Part shown: positions 8,883 to 17,577 of the stretch, piece by piece
How positions within the stretch are numbered: position 1 is the first letter of the stretch
How the letters are laid out: each line of letters begins with the position of its first letter
From: an uncultured Clostridia bacterium
Lineage (GTDB): Bacteria > Bacillota > Clostridia > Christensenellales > CAG-917
Direction of reading: 5' to 3'
Assembly: GCA_947589635.1 (NCBI GenBank)
Contig: CANQCC010000001.1
Span: forward strand, 1-46,911
DNA length: 46,911 bases
The notes under the pieces: generated by a model
The model's input: the letters and a program-made list of their open reading frames with translations, nothing else
Told to the model about the DNA's origin: nothing
Database searches by the model: none
Translations under genes and position numbers: made by a program

Positions 8883-9986
8883 ATGAAAATTTGTGCCGTC
8901 ATAGCCGAATATAACCCTTTCCACAACGGACACCTCAAGCAATTGCGCGCCGCGAAGCGCGAAACGGAGGCGGATATCCTTGTCGTTTTGATGAGCGGAT
9001 CTTTCACTCAGCACGGCGATATCGCGCTTACGGACAAGTATGTCCGCGCAAATTGGGCGATCGAGGCGGGCGCCGACGCCGTGTTGGAGCTCCCCACGGT
9101 ATATTCTCTCTCCCCCGCAACCTCCTTCGCGCAAGGAGCGGTAAAGACGCTGTCCATGCTTGGCGAATTTACGCTGTCATTCGGCACCGAGACCGAGGAG
9201 CTGGAGCAACTCGGCATGGCGGCGGAGTTTATGAACAGCGAATCCAAAGACATGCAAAAGCTGCTGAAGGGCTATCTCGGAGACGGTTATTCCCTTGCGA
9301 AATCCCGCTCCATGGCGCTTGAGATATTGCGCCCGGACGTCGCAAATATGTTGCGCTCGCCAAACAACATCCTCGCTGTGGAATATATGAAAGCGGCGGC
9401 AAAATACGGCGACAAGATAAGCCTACACAACGTGGAAAGGCGCCCCGACGACGGCAAAAAATATCTCTCGTCCACAAAAATTCGCGAGATGTATTTGGGC
9501 GGCGAGGACATCTCCCCGTTCGTGCCGCCGTTCGTGCGCATAGAGGCGCATACGGACATATCAAAATACGACATGGTGTCCACCTACGCGCTGAAGAGCA
9601 AGTCGCCCGAACAGCTCGTCGCGCTCGCAAACATCAGCGAGGGCATGGAAAACCGCATCTCTCAGGCGGATTTCAACAACATGAGCGGATATCTCAACCT
9701 GACCTCCCGCAGATACACCCGCTCCACCGTAAAGCGCATCGCGGCGTCCGCAACGATAGGTCTCACCAAAGACCTCACGCAGCTTGCCGCAAGCGAAAAG
9801 CCCTATTGCACCCTGCTTGCCATCCGCCCATCCAAGAAAAAGGCGCTGCTTCCCCTGCTTGCGTCCGCGGACGGATATTTCTTCTATAAACACAGCGATT
9901 GCGAAGCGGACAATCCCGTTCGCCCTCTTGTAGCGCTTGACGAAAAGGCCGCCAAGATACGCGCGCTGTGCGAAGCCGACTCCTGA
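8883..9986 (+). CDS. tmcAL: tRNA(Met) cytidine acetate ligase TmcAL (YlbM family nucleotidyltransferase)
   Basis: 367 aa. N-terminus MKICAVIAEYNPFHNGHLKQL matches the EYNPFHNGH signature of the YlbM/TmcAL family. It is adjacent to ylbJ, as in Bacillus. Confidence 0.85.
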   Translation: MKICAVIAEYNPFHNGHLKQLRAAKRETEADILVVLMSGSFTQHGDIALTDKYVRANWAIEAGADAVLELPTVYSLSPATSFAQGAVKTLSMLGEFTLSFGTETEELEQLGMAAEFMNSESKDMQKLLKGYLGDGYSLAKSRSMALEILRPDVANMLRSPNNILAVEYMKAAAKYGDKISLHNVERRPDDGKKYLSSTKIREMYLGGEDISPFVPPFVRIEAHTDISKYDMVSTYALKSKSPEQLVALANISEGMENRISQADFNNMSGYLNLTSRRYTRSTVKRIAASATIGLTKDLTQLAASEKPYCTLLAIRPSKKKALLPLLASADGYFFYKHSDCEADNPVRPLVALDEKAAKIRALCEADS

Positions 9987-10267
9987 TATCCAAACTTTTG
10001 ATATTGCCAACCTAAATTTACCGACGTCGCCCATCTCTTTTCATATTGCAATTCATACGCCCAAATGTCGCGGGCAGCTTCTCGCATTGTCAAATGATGC
10101 GCGAGACTGCGCCTGTTTTCCAAGGTTTTTATCCCAAGAAAATACAAATTTGGCCGCCTCTCTTTCAGGGTTTTGATTTGTGTTCCGCTTTGGAACATAA
10201 TTTGCGTGAAAATTCTGAAAAAACGTGCGTATAAAGCGGATAAATACCCAAGTTTATTTTCATACGC

Positions 10268-10291
10268 ATATGCCACACGGCATATTTTTTT
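10268..10291 (+). terminator. terminator-like hairpin immediately upstream of the ylbJ start codon
   Basis: ATATGCC-ACAC-GGCATAT followed by a run of T. It ends 3 nt before ATG 10294 and sits at the end of a roughly 300 nt non-coding stretch after tmcAL. Confidence 0.4.
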
Positions 10292-10293
10292 GT

Positions 10294-11319
10294 ATGGCGG
10301 ACAGGTTCTCGGACAAATTGTATGCGCGCACGGGACTTACAAAGAGCGGACTTTTCGCGGCTTTGGCGGTAGTCGCGTTCATGGCTATGATGCTCTCAAA
10401 GCCCGATTTCTACCTTGACAGCGCAAGGCGAGGCCTGGCTCTGTACGCAACAAGCGTGCTGCCCGCGCTGTTTCCTTTCTATTTTTGCTCGTTATTGCTT
10501 ACAAAGACGGGCGCCGCAAGGACTTTCGCGCAAATCTTCGGCACGCCGTTCAACAAGCTGTACGGGACTCCGAAGGAGAGCGCCTACATAATGCTTATGA
10601 GCATGCTGTCGGGGTATCCCGTCGGCGCCGGGCTCACCTATGAGCTGTACCGCGCGGGCGCGATAGACCGTGACGACGCAAAGGCGATATGCTCTTTTGC
10701 CTCCACGTCCGGGCCCGTGTTCATGCTTGGCACCGTGGGGAGCGCTATATTCGGAAGAGTCGAGATAGGCGCCGCCGTGCTTGCCGCGCACTATCTGTCC
10801 GCGTTTATAAACGGATTCATATTTACGATCAAAACTCGCCGCAAAGCTAAACAAAACTTGCAAAAGGCAACAAATAACAACGCCGTCACACTGCTTTCGC
10901 GGGAAAAATTTGACAACGCGATGTCCGAAAGTATCTCGAAAGCCACCCTCAATATGCTGTACGTAGGCGGCTATATAGTGCTGTGCGGCATGATAGCGGA
11001 CAGCGTAAAATTGATAAACCTCGATGCGCTGATGGTCTCATCTTTGGGCGAGAGCGCGGCGGCGCCCCTTATCGCCGCGATATACGGCGTTATCGAGATG
11101 ACAAGGGGCTGCATGGCAAGCGCCGCCCTTGAAAGCCTGCCCATTGCCGTCGCGATGTGCGCGGCGATAGTTTCTCTTGGCGGACTGTCCGTAACTTTGC
11201 AAAATTATACCTTCCTTTCCGGCTGCGGGATAAAGTTTCGCGAGATAGTGATAAGGAAGCTTTCTCAATGCCTTATATCCCTACTTATCGGCTACGTTTT
11301 GGGGGCAATTTTGGCTTGA
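10294..11319 (+). CDS. ylbJ: sporulation integral membrane protein YlbJ-like (nucleoside-recognition/Gate domain)
   Basis: Polytopic membrane protein (MADRFSDKLYARTGLTKSGLFAALAVVAF...). It is the neighbour of ylbM/tmcAL. I prefer ATG 10294 over the ORF-track start at 10225. Confidence 0.7.
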   Translation: MADRFSDKLYARTGLTKSGLFAALAVVAFMAMMLSKPDFYLDSARRGLALYATSVLPALFPFYFCSLLLTKTGAARTFAQIFGTPFNKLYGTPKESAYIMLMSMLSGYPVGAGLTYELYRAGAIDRDDAKAICSFASTSGPVFMLGTVGSAIFGRVEIGAAVLAAHYLSAFINGFIFTIKTRRKAKQNLQKATNNNAVTLLSREKFDNAMSESISKATLNMLYVGGYIVLCGMIADSVKLINLDALMVSSLGESAAAPLIAAIYGVIEMTRGCMASAALESLPIAVAMCAAIVSLGGLSVTLQNYTFLSGCGIKFREIVIRKLSQCLISLLIGYVLGAILA

Positions 11320-11362
11320 AAACAAAAAAATAAACTTTTTTGTAAAAAAGCGTCATAAAATA

Positions 11363-11392
11363 TTGACTTTTGGCATTTCAATTATTTATAGT
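11363..11392 (+). promoter_or_regulatory. sigma-A type promoter for the 161-aa HTH gene
   Basis: TTGACT (11363-11368), 18 nt spacer, TATAGT (11387-11392). Confidence 0.5.
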
Positions 11393-11434
11393 GTAGACGA
11401 AAAATATTTTTCAACAATTTTCACGGAGGTAGTT

Positions 11435-11920
11435 ATGTATACCAATTGGGGCAACATCACGCTTGTTGCATACTCTTTATTGCCCAAAATCGCTAATCAA
11501 ATCGATTATGCCGTCAAAACGAGAATTAATTCCTCTTACAAGAGCCAACACCTGAAAATGGGTTTGAGTAACGAGCAATTAATTGGTGAAATTCTTGCAC
11601 AAATCGATGAAAAACGTAGGATGATAAACCTTGCCTATCTTTTCAACAGCACGCTTAAGAGGCTGCGCGAACGCGACAGGGCCATCATCGAGGAAAGATA
11701 TGTCGACAGGAAGACCTGTTTTAAGATCGCGGAGGAACAAAACGTCGCGCTGAGAACTGTTTTCAGACGAATAGATATCGCAAAACAGAAATTTTCCGAG
11801 GCTCTTGCCGAGCGCGGATACACCGACGAATGGTTTGAAAAGGAATACGGCGACGACAAGTATATCGCCGCGCTTAAAAAGCGTATGGAGCGCGAAAAAT
11901 ATACTACGGTGAAAAGGTGA
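11435..11920 (+). CDS. small sigma-70 region-4-like HTH DNA-binding protein
   Basis: 161 aa from ATG 11435, with GGAGGT 5 nt upstream. The segment LRERDRAIIEERYVDRKTCFKIAEEQNVALRTVFRRIDIAKQKF looks like sigma region 4.2 / LuxR-type HTH. I see no recognisable region 2. Confidence 0.55.
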   Translation: MYTNWGNITLVAYSLLPKIANQIDYAVKTRINSSYKSQHLKMGLSNEQLIGEILAQIDEKRRMINLAYLFNSTLKRLRERDRAIIEERYVDRKTCFKIAEEQNVALRTVFRRIDIAKQKFSEALAERGYTDEWFEKEYGDDKYIAALKKRMEREKYTTVKR

Positions 11921-11926
11921 GCCTCT

Positions 11927-12012
11927 GTCGCCGGTTCTGATTGACTCTACGATATATAGATAAGCCACGGTCGCCGGTTTTGATTGACTACGGCGAAAAG
12001 ATAAGCATCAGT
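11927..12012. repeat. 43-bp tandem duplication (2 copies)
   Basis: The two copies are GTCGCCGGTTCTGATTGACTCTACGATATATAGATAAGCCACG and GTCGCCGGTTTTGATTGACTACGGCGAAAAGATAAGCATCAG. They lie between convergent genes, and the second copy overlaps the rluA-family stop codon. Confidence 0.7.
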
Positions 12013-12727
12013 CGCTGTTTCTTATCGAGATGTTCAAAAACGCGTCAAGGTCAAATTGCGTCCATGGCTCTATCTCGGGCGGATATACCCTGAACACCAT
12101 TTCCTTGCCGTTTACGGGATGAGTGAGGCGAAGTTGGCTTGCCCAAAGCGCCATTTTTGTCCTGCCGTCCGCCTTGCCGTACTTTTTGTCGCCTACGATG
12201 GGGTTGCCCATGCCCGCAAGCTGTACTCGGATCTGATGCGCCCTGCCCGTCACAAGATTGACCTGAAGCAGGCTTACGTTTGATTTTGCGCTTGTCGCAA
12301 GCAATTTATAGTCAAGTTCGGCATATTTTGCGCCCTCGCTGAGCGCGGGAGCAATGCGCGTGATGTTTGTTACGGGGTCCTTTTTAAGGTAACAGGTCAG
12401 CTTGTCCGCTCTGTATCTCGGCGTGCCTTCGACCACCGCGAGATATCTCTTTTCCACCTCGCCCTGCCTTATCGCCTCGCACAGTCTCGACGCGGTTTTG
12501 GAGTTTTTGGCAAACACCATTACTCCTCCGGTAGGTCTGTCCAGTCTGTGCACAAGCCCGAGATATGCGTCACCGGGTTTATTGTACGTCTCGACAAGAT
12601 ATTGTTTAAGCATGCTTAGCATGTCGGGGTCTTTCGTCTCGTCCTCCTGCACGGGGACGTCGAGCGGTTTAACCGCGACAAGCAAGCAATTGTCTTCGTA
12701 TACTATTTTCAAGTCTTTGTATGTCAT
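12008..12727 (-). CDS. RluA-family RNA pseudouridine synthase
   Basis: 239 aa with catalytic motif HRLDRPTGGVMVFAKN and downstream GRAHQIRVQLA. There is no N-terminal S4 domain. Confidence 0.88.
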   Translation of the reverse strand: MTYKDLKIVYEDNCLLVAVKPLDVPVQEDETKDPDMLSMLKQYLVETYNKPGDAYLGLVHRLDRPTGGVMVFAKNSKTASRLCEAIRQGEVEKRYLAVVEGTPRYRADKLTCYLKKDPVTNITRIAPALSEGAKYAELDYKLLATSAKSNVSLLQVNLVTGRAHQIRVQLAGMGNPIVGDKKYGKADGRTKMALWASQLRLTHPVNGKEMVFRVYPPEIEPWTQFDLDAFLNISIRNSD

Positions 12728-12827
12728 AGCGTCATTCCCCTCGGTCGCATAAGCCCGTTAAGGCAATCCCCCTATTTTTTCGTAATTAGGCAATTTTATT
12801 GCCACGCGGATTTATGCGTTGCGGAAG

Positions 12828-13688
12828 CTATTTTTCAAACTCCGCAAACGCCGTGCAGCCTTGAGGCAAGATAAGTCCGTCCTCGCACATAAGTCCAATC
12901 TCGTCGGCGTCTATTTTCGCCCCGCCCGGCAGCGCAAGCGAGAGGATGTTGGACATGACCATCGGCTGAAGTCCCGTAGTGTAGCTGTTTAGGCATACAA
13001 ACAGCGGGGAGTCGGACAACAAGCCCGCAACAAGCTCCGCAAGGTCGGATATCCCCTCTTCAAGTTTCCACTTTTCTCCGTTCGGCCCTCTGCCGAAGCT
13101 GGGCGGATCGAGGATAATAGCGTCGTAGCGATTGCCTCGCCTCAACTCGCGGCGGCAGAACTTGAAGCAATCGTCCACGATATATCTCATTCCGTCGTTG
13201 TCAAGCCCGCTCAGTTTTATATTTTCGCCCGTGCGCTCAACCATGGCCTTGGCGCCGTCCACATGGCAGACGTTTGCGCCCGCTCTCTTGCACGCCACGG
13301 ACGCCGCGCCCGTGTACCCAAAGAGGTTCAGCACATTGATACTTCTTCCCGCGCCCTCGATGAGTTTCATCATCCTGTCCCAATTGGTCGCCTGCTCCGG
13401 GAAAAGCCCGGTGTGCTTAAAGCCCATCAGCTTAAGCGAAAAGCGCAGATCTCTCCAACCTATGGTAAATTCGGCGGGTATGTCGTTATTATATTCCCAT
13501 CTTCCGCCTCCCGTGGAGCTTCTCTCATATACGGCGTCTATGCCTTTATAGCTTCTGAGAGGCTTTTTTGCGCGCCAAATGACTTGCGGATCGGGACGCA
13601 ACAGCGTTATGTTCCCCCACCGCTCGAGTTTTTCGCCGTCGCCTGTGGCGATGACGGCAAATTCTTTCCAATCGGGCGCAAGTCTCAT
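12828..13688 (-). CDS. class I SAM-dependent (rRNA-type, RlmI/YwbD-like) methyltransferase
   Basis: 286 aa from ATG 13688, which overlaps the ileS stop as ATGA. SAM motif I LNLFGYTGAASVA and ILDPPSFGRG are present. The ORF-track extension to 13784 overlaps ileS and is rejected. Confidence 0.75.
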   Translation of the reverse strand: MRLAPDWKEFAVIATGDGEKLERWGNITLLRPDPQVIWRAKKPLRSYKGIDAVYERSSTGGGRWEYNNDIPAEFTIGWRDLRFSLKLMGFKHTGLFPEQATNWDRMMKLIEGAGRSINVLNLFGYTGAASVACKRAGANVCHVDGAKAMVERTGENIKLSGLDNDGMRYIVDDCFKFCRRELRRGNRYDAIILDPPSFGRGPNGEKWKLEEGISDLAELVAGLLSDSPLFVCLNSYTTGLQPMVMSNILSLALPGGAKIDADEIGLMCEDGLILPQGCTAFAEFEK

Positions 13689-15370
13689 TTTTCTATTTTC
13701 TTGATGGTCACGATTACTTTGTGGCCGTTTACGTCGAGTTCCTTTCTGAAGCCGTCTCCGCCGTTTTCGACAATGCCGTCGCACAGCACGTCGGCGAAGA
13801 ATTTTGCGTCGTCGAGGACTTGCTTTGCCATGCCTTCCGCCGAGTAGTTCAGCAGGATATGGTCGGTGACCTCAAATCCCGCCTCCTTGCGCATATTCTG
13901 GACCTTGCTGACAAGCTCGCGCTCGATGCCCTCAAGCACAAGGTCTTCTGTAAGCGACGTATCAAGCACGACCGTGGTCTCGCCGTCGGATTCCGAGGAG
14001 AATCCCTCCTTGTTCTTTGCGGTTATAAGCAGATCCTCTTCGCTCAGCACGATCTGAGTGCCGTCGATCTCGCAGACGAACGCGCTCTTGACATCCTGTT
14101 CCGTGCCGCGTATTTCTCTGTACTCGTCCTTTATCTCGTCGATGGCTTTGCGCTTTTTAATTGCCTCGATGACATCCGCCGGGCGCTCCGCAAGCAGAGC
14201 CTTTATCTTGCCGAGCAGAGGCCCGTATTTGGGGCCGAGCGTACGAAGTTGAGGCTTTATCTCATAGCTGATATAGCCGTCGCTGTCCGACGAGGGTTGC
14301 ACTTCTTTGACGTTGAGTTCGTCCTCAACAAGCTGTTTCAGCTCCTCGGTAAGTTCCCATCTGCCGTTGTACATCAGCTTTGAAAGGGGTTGCCTGTTTT
14401 TGAGGTTGGATTTGTTTCGCGCTGCCCTGCCAAGCACCACAAGTTTCAGCACGTTGTTCATGCCCGTCTCGAGCGCGCGGTCTATTCTCGACTCGTCGCA
14501 ATTCGGGAAAGAGGTGAGATGCACGCTTTCGGGAGCGGTCGGGTCGAAGTTTACGACAAGATTCTGATAAATGCTCTCCGCCATAAACGGCACATAGGGC
14601 GCGATAAGCCTTGAGAGCGTGGACAACACCGTATAAAGCGTCATATACGCCGCCTCTTTGCTCTTTGTCATCTCGCTGCCCCAGAAGCGCTCGCGGGAGC
14701 GGCGCACGTACCAATTGGACAGATTGTCGCAAAACTCCTCTATCGCGCGGGAAGTTTCGGTGATCTTGTATTGCTCAAGCCCCTTGTCCACAAAGTCTAT
14801 CAGACTGTTGAGCCCCGAAAGTATCCATCTGTCGAGGATATTCAGCTTGCAGTCCTCAAGTTTATGTTTTGTGGGGTCAAATTTGTCTATTTCCGCGTAC
14901 AGCACATAAAACGCGTAAGTGTTCCAAAGCGTGCCCATAAACTTGCGTTGAGATTCGCTGACGTTTTCCGCTGCGAACCTCGAGGGCAGCCACGGCGCGG
15001 ACGCCGTATAAAAATACCACCTTGTCGCGTCGGCGCCCTGTTTGTCGAGCACGCTCCACGGGTCGACGACGTTGCCCTTGTGTTTGGACATCTTTATGCC
15101 GTCCTTGTCGTTGACGTGCCCCAAAACTATGCAATTTTTGAAGGGCGCGCGGCCGAAGAGTATGGTGTTTATCGCAAGCAGCGTATAAAACCAGCCTCTT
15201 GTCTGATCCACGGCCTCGGAGATGAAGTCCGCGGGGAAAACTTCATCGAATATTTCCTTGTTTTCAAAGGGATAATGCCACTGCGCAAACGGCATGGAGC
15301 CGCTGTCAAACCAGCAGTCAAGCACTTCGGGAGTGCGCTCCATCTCGCCGCCGCATTCGCACTGCGTCAA
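13685..15370 (-). CDS. ileS: isoleucine--tRNA ligase, C-terminal fragment (frame-disrupted gene)
   Basis: Contains CECGGEMERTPEVLDCWFDSGSMPF, the KMSKHKGN (KMSKS) motif, and anticodon-binding and C-terminal domains. It has no credible start of its own and continues the upstream fragment after a 1-nt frame change. Confidence 0.9.
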   Translation of the reverse strand: MTQCECGGEMERTPEVLDCWFDSGSMPFAQWHYPFENKEIFDEVFPADFISEAVDQTRGWFYTLLAINTILFGRAPFKNCIVLGHVNDKDGIKMSKHKGNVVDPWSVLDKQGADATRWYFYTASAPWLPSRFAAENVSESQRKFMGTLWNTYAFYVLYAEIDKFDPTKHKLEDCKLNILDRWILSGLNSLIDFVDKGLEQYKITETSRAIEEFCDNLSNWYVRRSRERFWGSEMTKSKEAAYMTLYTVLSTLSRLIAPYVPFMAESIYQNLVVNFDPTAPESVHLTSFPNCDESRIDRALETGMNNVLKLVVLGRAARNKSNLKNRQPLSKLMYNGRWELTEELKQLVEDELNVKEVQPSSDSDGYISYEIKPQLRTLGPKYGPLLGKIKALLAERPADVIEAIKKRKAIDEIKDEYREIRGTEQDVKSAFVCEIDGTQIVLSEEDLLITAKNKEGFSSESDGETTVVLDTSLTEDLVLEGIERELVSKVQNMRKEAGFEVTDHILLNYSAEGMAKQVLDDAKFFADVLCDGIVENGGDGFRKELDVNGHKVIVTIKKIEK

Positions 15371-16853
15371 TATAGGGACGATGCAACTCTATATCGCCGT
15401 CGATGTGTCCGAGGCGTTTAAGCTCCTCCTTAGAGCCGACTACATGCACTTTTCCGCACTTTTTACACACCCAGATGGGAAGCGGCGTGCCCCAATAGCG
15501 CTCGCGGGAAATGCCCCAATCTATGACGTTCTCCAGGAAATTGCCCATACGCCCCGTGCGGATGGTATCGGGCATCCAATTGACGCTGTTGCAGGACTTT
15601 ATAAGCTGATCCCTTACGGCGGTGACTTTGATAAACCATGTGCTGCGCGCATAGTATAAAAGCGGAGTGTCGCAGCGCCAGCAGAAAGGATAGCTGTGCG
15701 TAAAACGCATTGTCTTGAACAGCTTGTTTTCCGCTTTCAGCTTTTTGATTATCTCCTTATCGCCGTCCTTGCAGAATACGCCTGCAAGGTCGGTGATCGC
15801 GGCTTTGAATCTGCCGCGCTCGTCCACCATCTGCACAAACGGCAGGTCGTATTTTTTGCCCACGCGGCTGTCGTCCTCGCCGAATGCGGGCGCGATGTGC
15901 ACTATGCCGGAGCCGTCTGTCAAAGTGACGTAGCCGTCGTTTGTGACATAGTACGCCTTTTTGTCAACTCCGCAGTCGTAGTCGAACAGCGGCTCGTACT
16001 GCGCGTATTCATAATCTTTACCCTTCTTGGTGGATATTTTTGTATAATCCTTGCCGTCAAACAGCTTTTCGACAAGCGCGTCCGCAAGAATGTATCTTTC
16101 GCCGTCGCACTCGATCTCGGAGTAATCCTCCTTGCCGTTCATGCAAAGCGCGACGTTTGAAGGAAGCGTCCAAGGAGTTGTCGTCCAGACAAGAAAATAT
16201 GCGTTGTCTCTTCCCTTAACGGGGAATTTGACGAAGACGGAAGTCTCCTCGACGTCCTTATAGCCCTGCGCCACTTCGTGTGAGCTGAGCGCCGTCCCGC
16301 AACGAGGACAATACGGCTGAATTTTGTAGCCCTTGTACAAAAGCCCCTTGTCCGCCATTTGCTTCAGCGCCCACCACACCGATTCGATATAGTTGTCGTC
16401 ATAGGTGATATAGGGGTTTTTCATGTCCGCCCAATAGCCGATGCGGTCGGACATCTTTTGCCACTCGTCCGTATATTTGAACACGGACTCCTTGCACTTC
16501 TTTATGAAAGGTTCTATGCCGTATTTTTCGATTTCCTGCTTGCCGTCGATACCGAGCTGTTTTTCCACTTCGAGTTCGACGGGAAGGCCGTGCGTATCCC
16601 AGCCCGCCTTGCGCAAAACGTGGTATCCCTTCATGGTCTTGTAACGCGGGATGATGTCCTTCATGACTCGGGTGAGGATGTGCCCTATGTGCGGCTTTCC
16701 GTTGGCGGTGGGAGGGCCGTCGTAAAAACTGAACTCGGGACCGCCCTCATTCTTTTTGACGCTCTTTTCAAATATGCCGTTCTCTTTCCAGAAGGCGAGC
16801 ACTTCCTTTTCTCTCTCGACGAAATTAAGATTTGTGTCAACAGGTTTGTACAT
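15318..16853 (-). CDS. ileS: isoleucine--tRNA ligase, N-terminal fragment (frame-disrupted gene)
   Basis: Starts MYKPVDTNLNFVEREKEVLAFWKE and carries the HIGH motif (GKPHIGHILTR) and the editing domain. Homology runs through ...ELHRPYID and then drifts into 17 unrelated codons ending at TGA 15318. Confidence 0.9.
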   Translation of the reverse strand: MYKPVDTNLNFVEREKEVLAFWKENGIFEKSVKKNEGGPEFSFYDGPPTANGKPHIGHILTRVMKDIIPRYKTMKGYHVLRKAGWDTHGLPVELEVEKQLGIDGKQEIEKYGIEPFIKKCKESVFKYTDEWQKMSDRIGYWADMKNPYITYDDNYIESVWWALKQMADKGLLYKGYKIQPYCPRCGTALSSHEVAQGYKDVEETSVFVKFPVKGRDNAYFLVWTTTPWTLPSNVALCMNGKEDYSEIECDGERYILADALVEKLFDGKDYTKISTKKGKDYEYAQYEPLFDYDCGVDKKAYYVTNDGYVTLTDGSGIVHIAPAFGEDDSRVGKKYDLPFVQMVDERGRFKAAITDLAGVFCKDGDKEIIKKLKAENKLFKTMRFTHSYPFCWRCDTPLLYYARSTWFIKVTAVRDQLIKSCNSVNWMPDTIRTGRMGNFLENVIDWGISRERYWGTPLPIWVCKKCGKVHVVGSKEELKRLGHIDGDIELHRPYIDAVRMRRRDGAHSRSA

Positions 16854-16882
16854 AAATTGCCTCGGCTATACAAATTTATAAC

Positions 16883-16911
16883 ATTATACATATATGATAA
16901 AAAAAAAGCAA
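16883..16911 (-). promoter_or_regulatory. putative promoter of ileS
   Basis: On the minus strand: TTGCTT (16911-16906), 17 nt spacer, TATAAT (16888-16883), with TG upstream of the -10. The leader is only about 30 nt, too short for a T-box. Confidence 0.5.
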
Positions 16912-16940
16912 GAAATTTGCGGCACAAGCGCAAAATACGT

Positions 16941-16968
16941 TTGACAAAATAAATTTGTATGCTAAAAT
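16941..16968 (+). promoter_or_regulatory. promoter of tRNA-Gly
   Basis: TTGACA (16941-16946), 16 nt spacer, TAAAAT (16963-16968), with a TGC extended -10 context. It lies about 17 nt before the mature tRNA 5' end. Confidence 0.6.
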
Positions 16969-16984
16969 TGTAGCGTTGGCTCCC

Positions 16985-17058
16985 GCGGGCGTAGTTTAGT
17001 GGTAAAACGAGAGCTTCCCAAGCTTTTGTTGTGAGTTCGATTCTCATCGCCCGCTCCA
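16985..17058 (+). tRNA. tRNA-Gly (anticodon CCC), CCA encoded
   Basis: Manual fold: acceptor GCGGGCG/CGCCCGC, D-arm GTTT-AGTGGTA-AAAC, anticodon stem AGAGC/GCTTT with loop TTCCCAA (CCC), T-arm GTGAG-TTCGATT-CTCAT, discriminator T plus CCA. Confidence 0.9.
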
Positions 17059-17060
17059 CA

Positions 17061-17093
17061 AAAAATGCGCGTCATCCCGACGCGCATTTTTTA
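17061..17093 (+). terminator. rho-independent terminator after tRNA-Gly
   Basis: ATGCGCGTC-ATCCC-GACGCGCAT hairpin (9 bp) followed by TTTTTT. An A-tract upstream could make it bidirectional. Confidence 0.8.
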
Positions 17094-17294
17094 TTGCCTG
17101 CAAATGTTGCTTCAGGCTTCTATATAAACGGCATAAATATTTCCCGCTTGAGACTTACGAAAATCAAGTTGAGAATCTGTTACAGCAGGCTTTACATCAG
17201 ACGCAAGATTATGATAAGGATTAATTTGCATAAAGTTTTGAAACTTCAATGCGACGTAAATTAGGATGCCAATACGCCAGAGGCATGAAAGATT

Positions 17295-17417
17295 AAAACA
17301 CAATTCGTGTTTTTTATTTGGCTGTACTTTTACATACAAAACACAATGCGTGTTGTAAAAGGAAAGATTTTGATGTTATTTGCTAACAATCATGTCGATT
17401 GAAACACGTATCGTGCT
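17295..17417. promoter_or_regulatory. three AACAC-N5-GTG(T/C)T palindromes upstream of the ABC transporter operon
   Basis: The sites are AAAACACAATTCGTGTTTT (17295-17313, perfect 7-bp arms), AAAACACAATGCGTGTTGT (17338-17356) and AACACGTATCGTGCT (17403-17417). The region is AT-rich and non-coding. Confidence 0.35.
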
Positions 17418-17577
17418 CATATGTAATTGCGCTTTGAAACAGCGGGAGGTAAATGTCATGGATTTTTACATTGATATCCTCGGGTCAAAACGGCTTAGAA
17501 TGACGCTTGTGCAAATTTTTAATTGTACATTTCAAACTATGTGTTATAATGTTATCATTAAATTTGAAGAGGTTTAT

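Noticed and set aside
9884-10276. 130-aa minus-strand ORF spanning the tmcAL-ylbJ spacer
   Set aside because: It overlaps the 3' end of tmcAL antisense. It has no RBS and no recognisable motif, and its composition is atypical.
16854-16984. T-box leader upstream of ileS (and likewise upstream of hisS at 41699-41752)
   Set aside because: The available non-coding space is about 130 nt and 54 nt respectively, too short for a T-box riboswitch. No specifier or T-box sequence was seen, and the ileS-side gap is already occupied by two promoters.
17112-17339. 75-aa minus-strand ORF in the AT-rich region after tRNA-Gly
   Set aside because: There is no RBS, the start lies inside the palindrome region, and the composition is unlike the coding regions here. 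It is probably non-coding.
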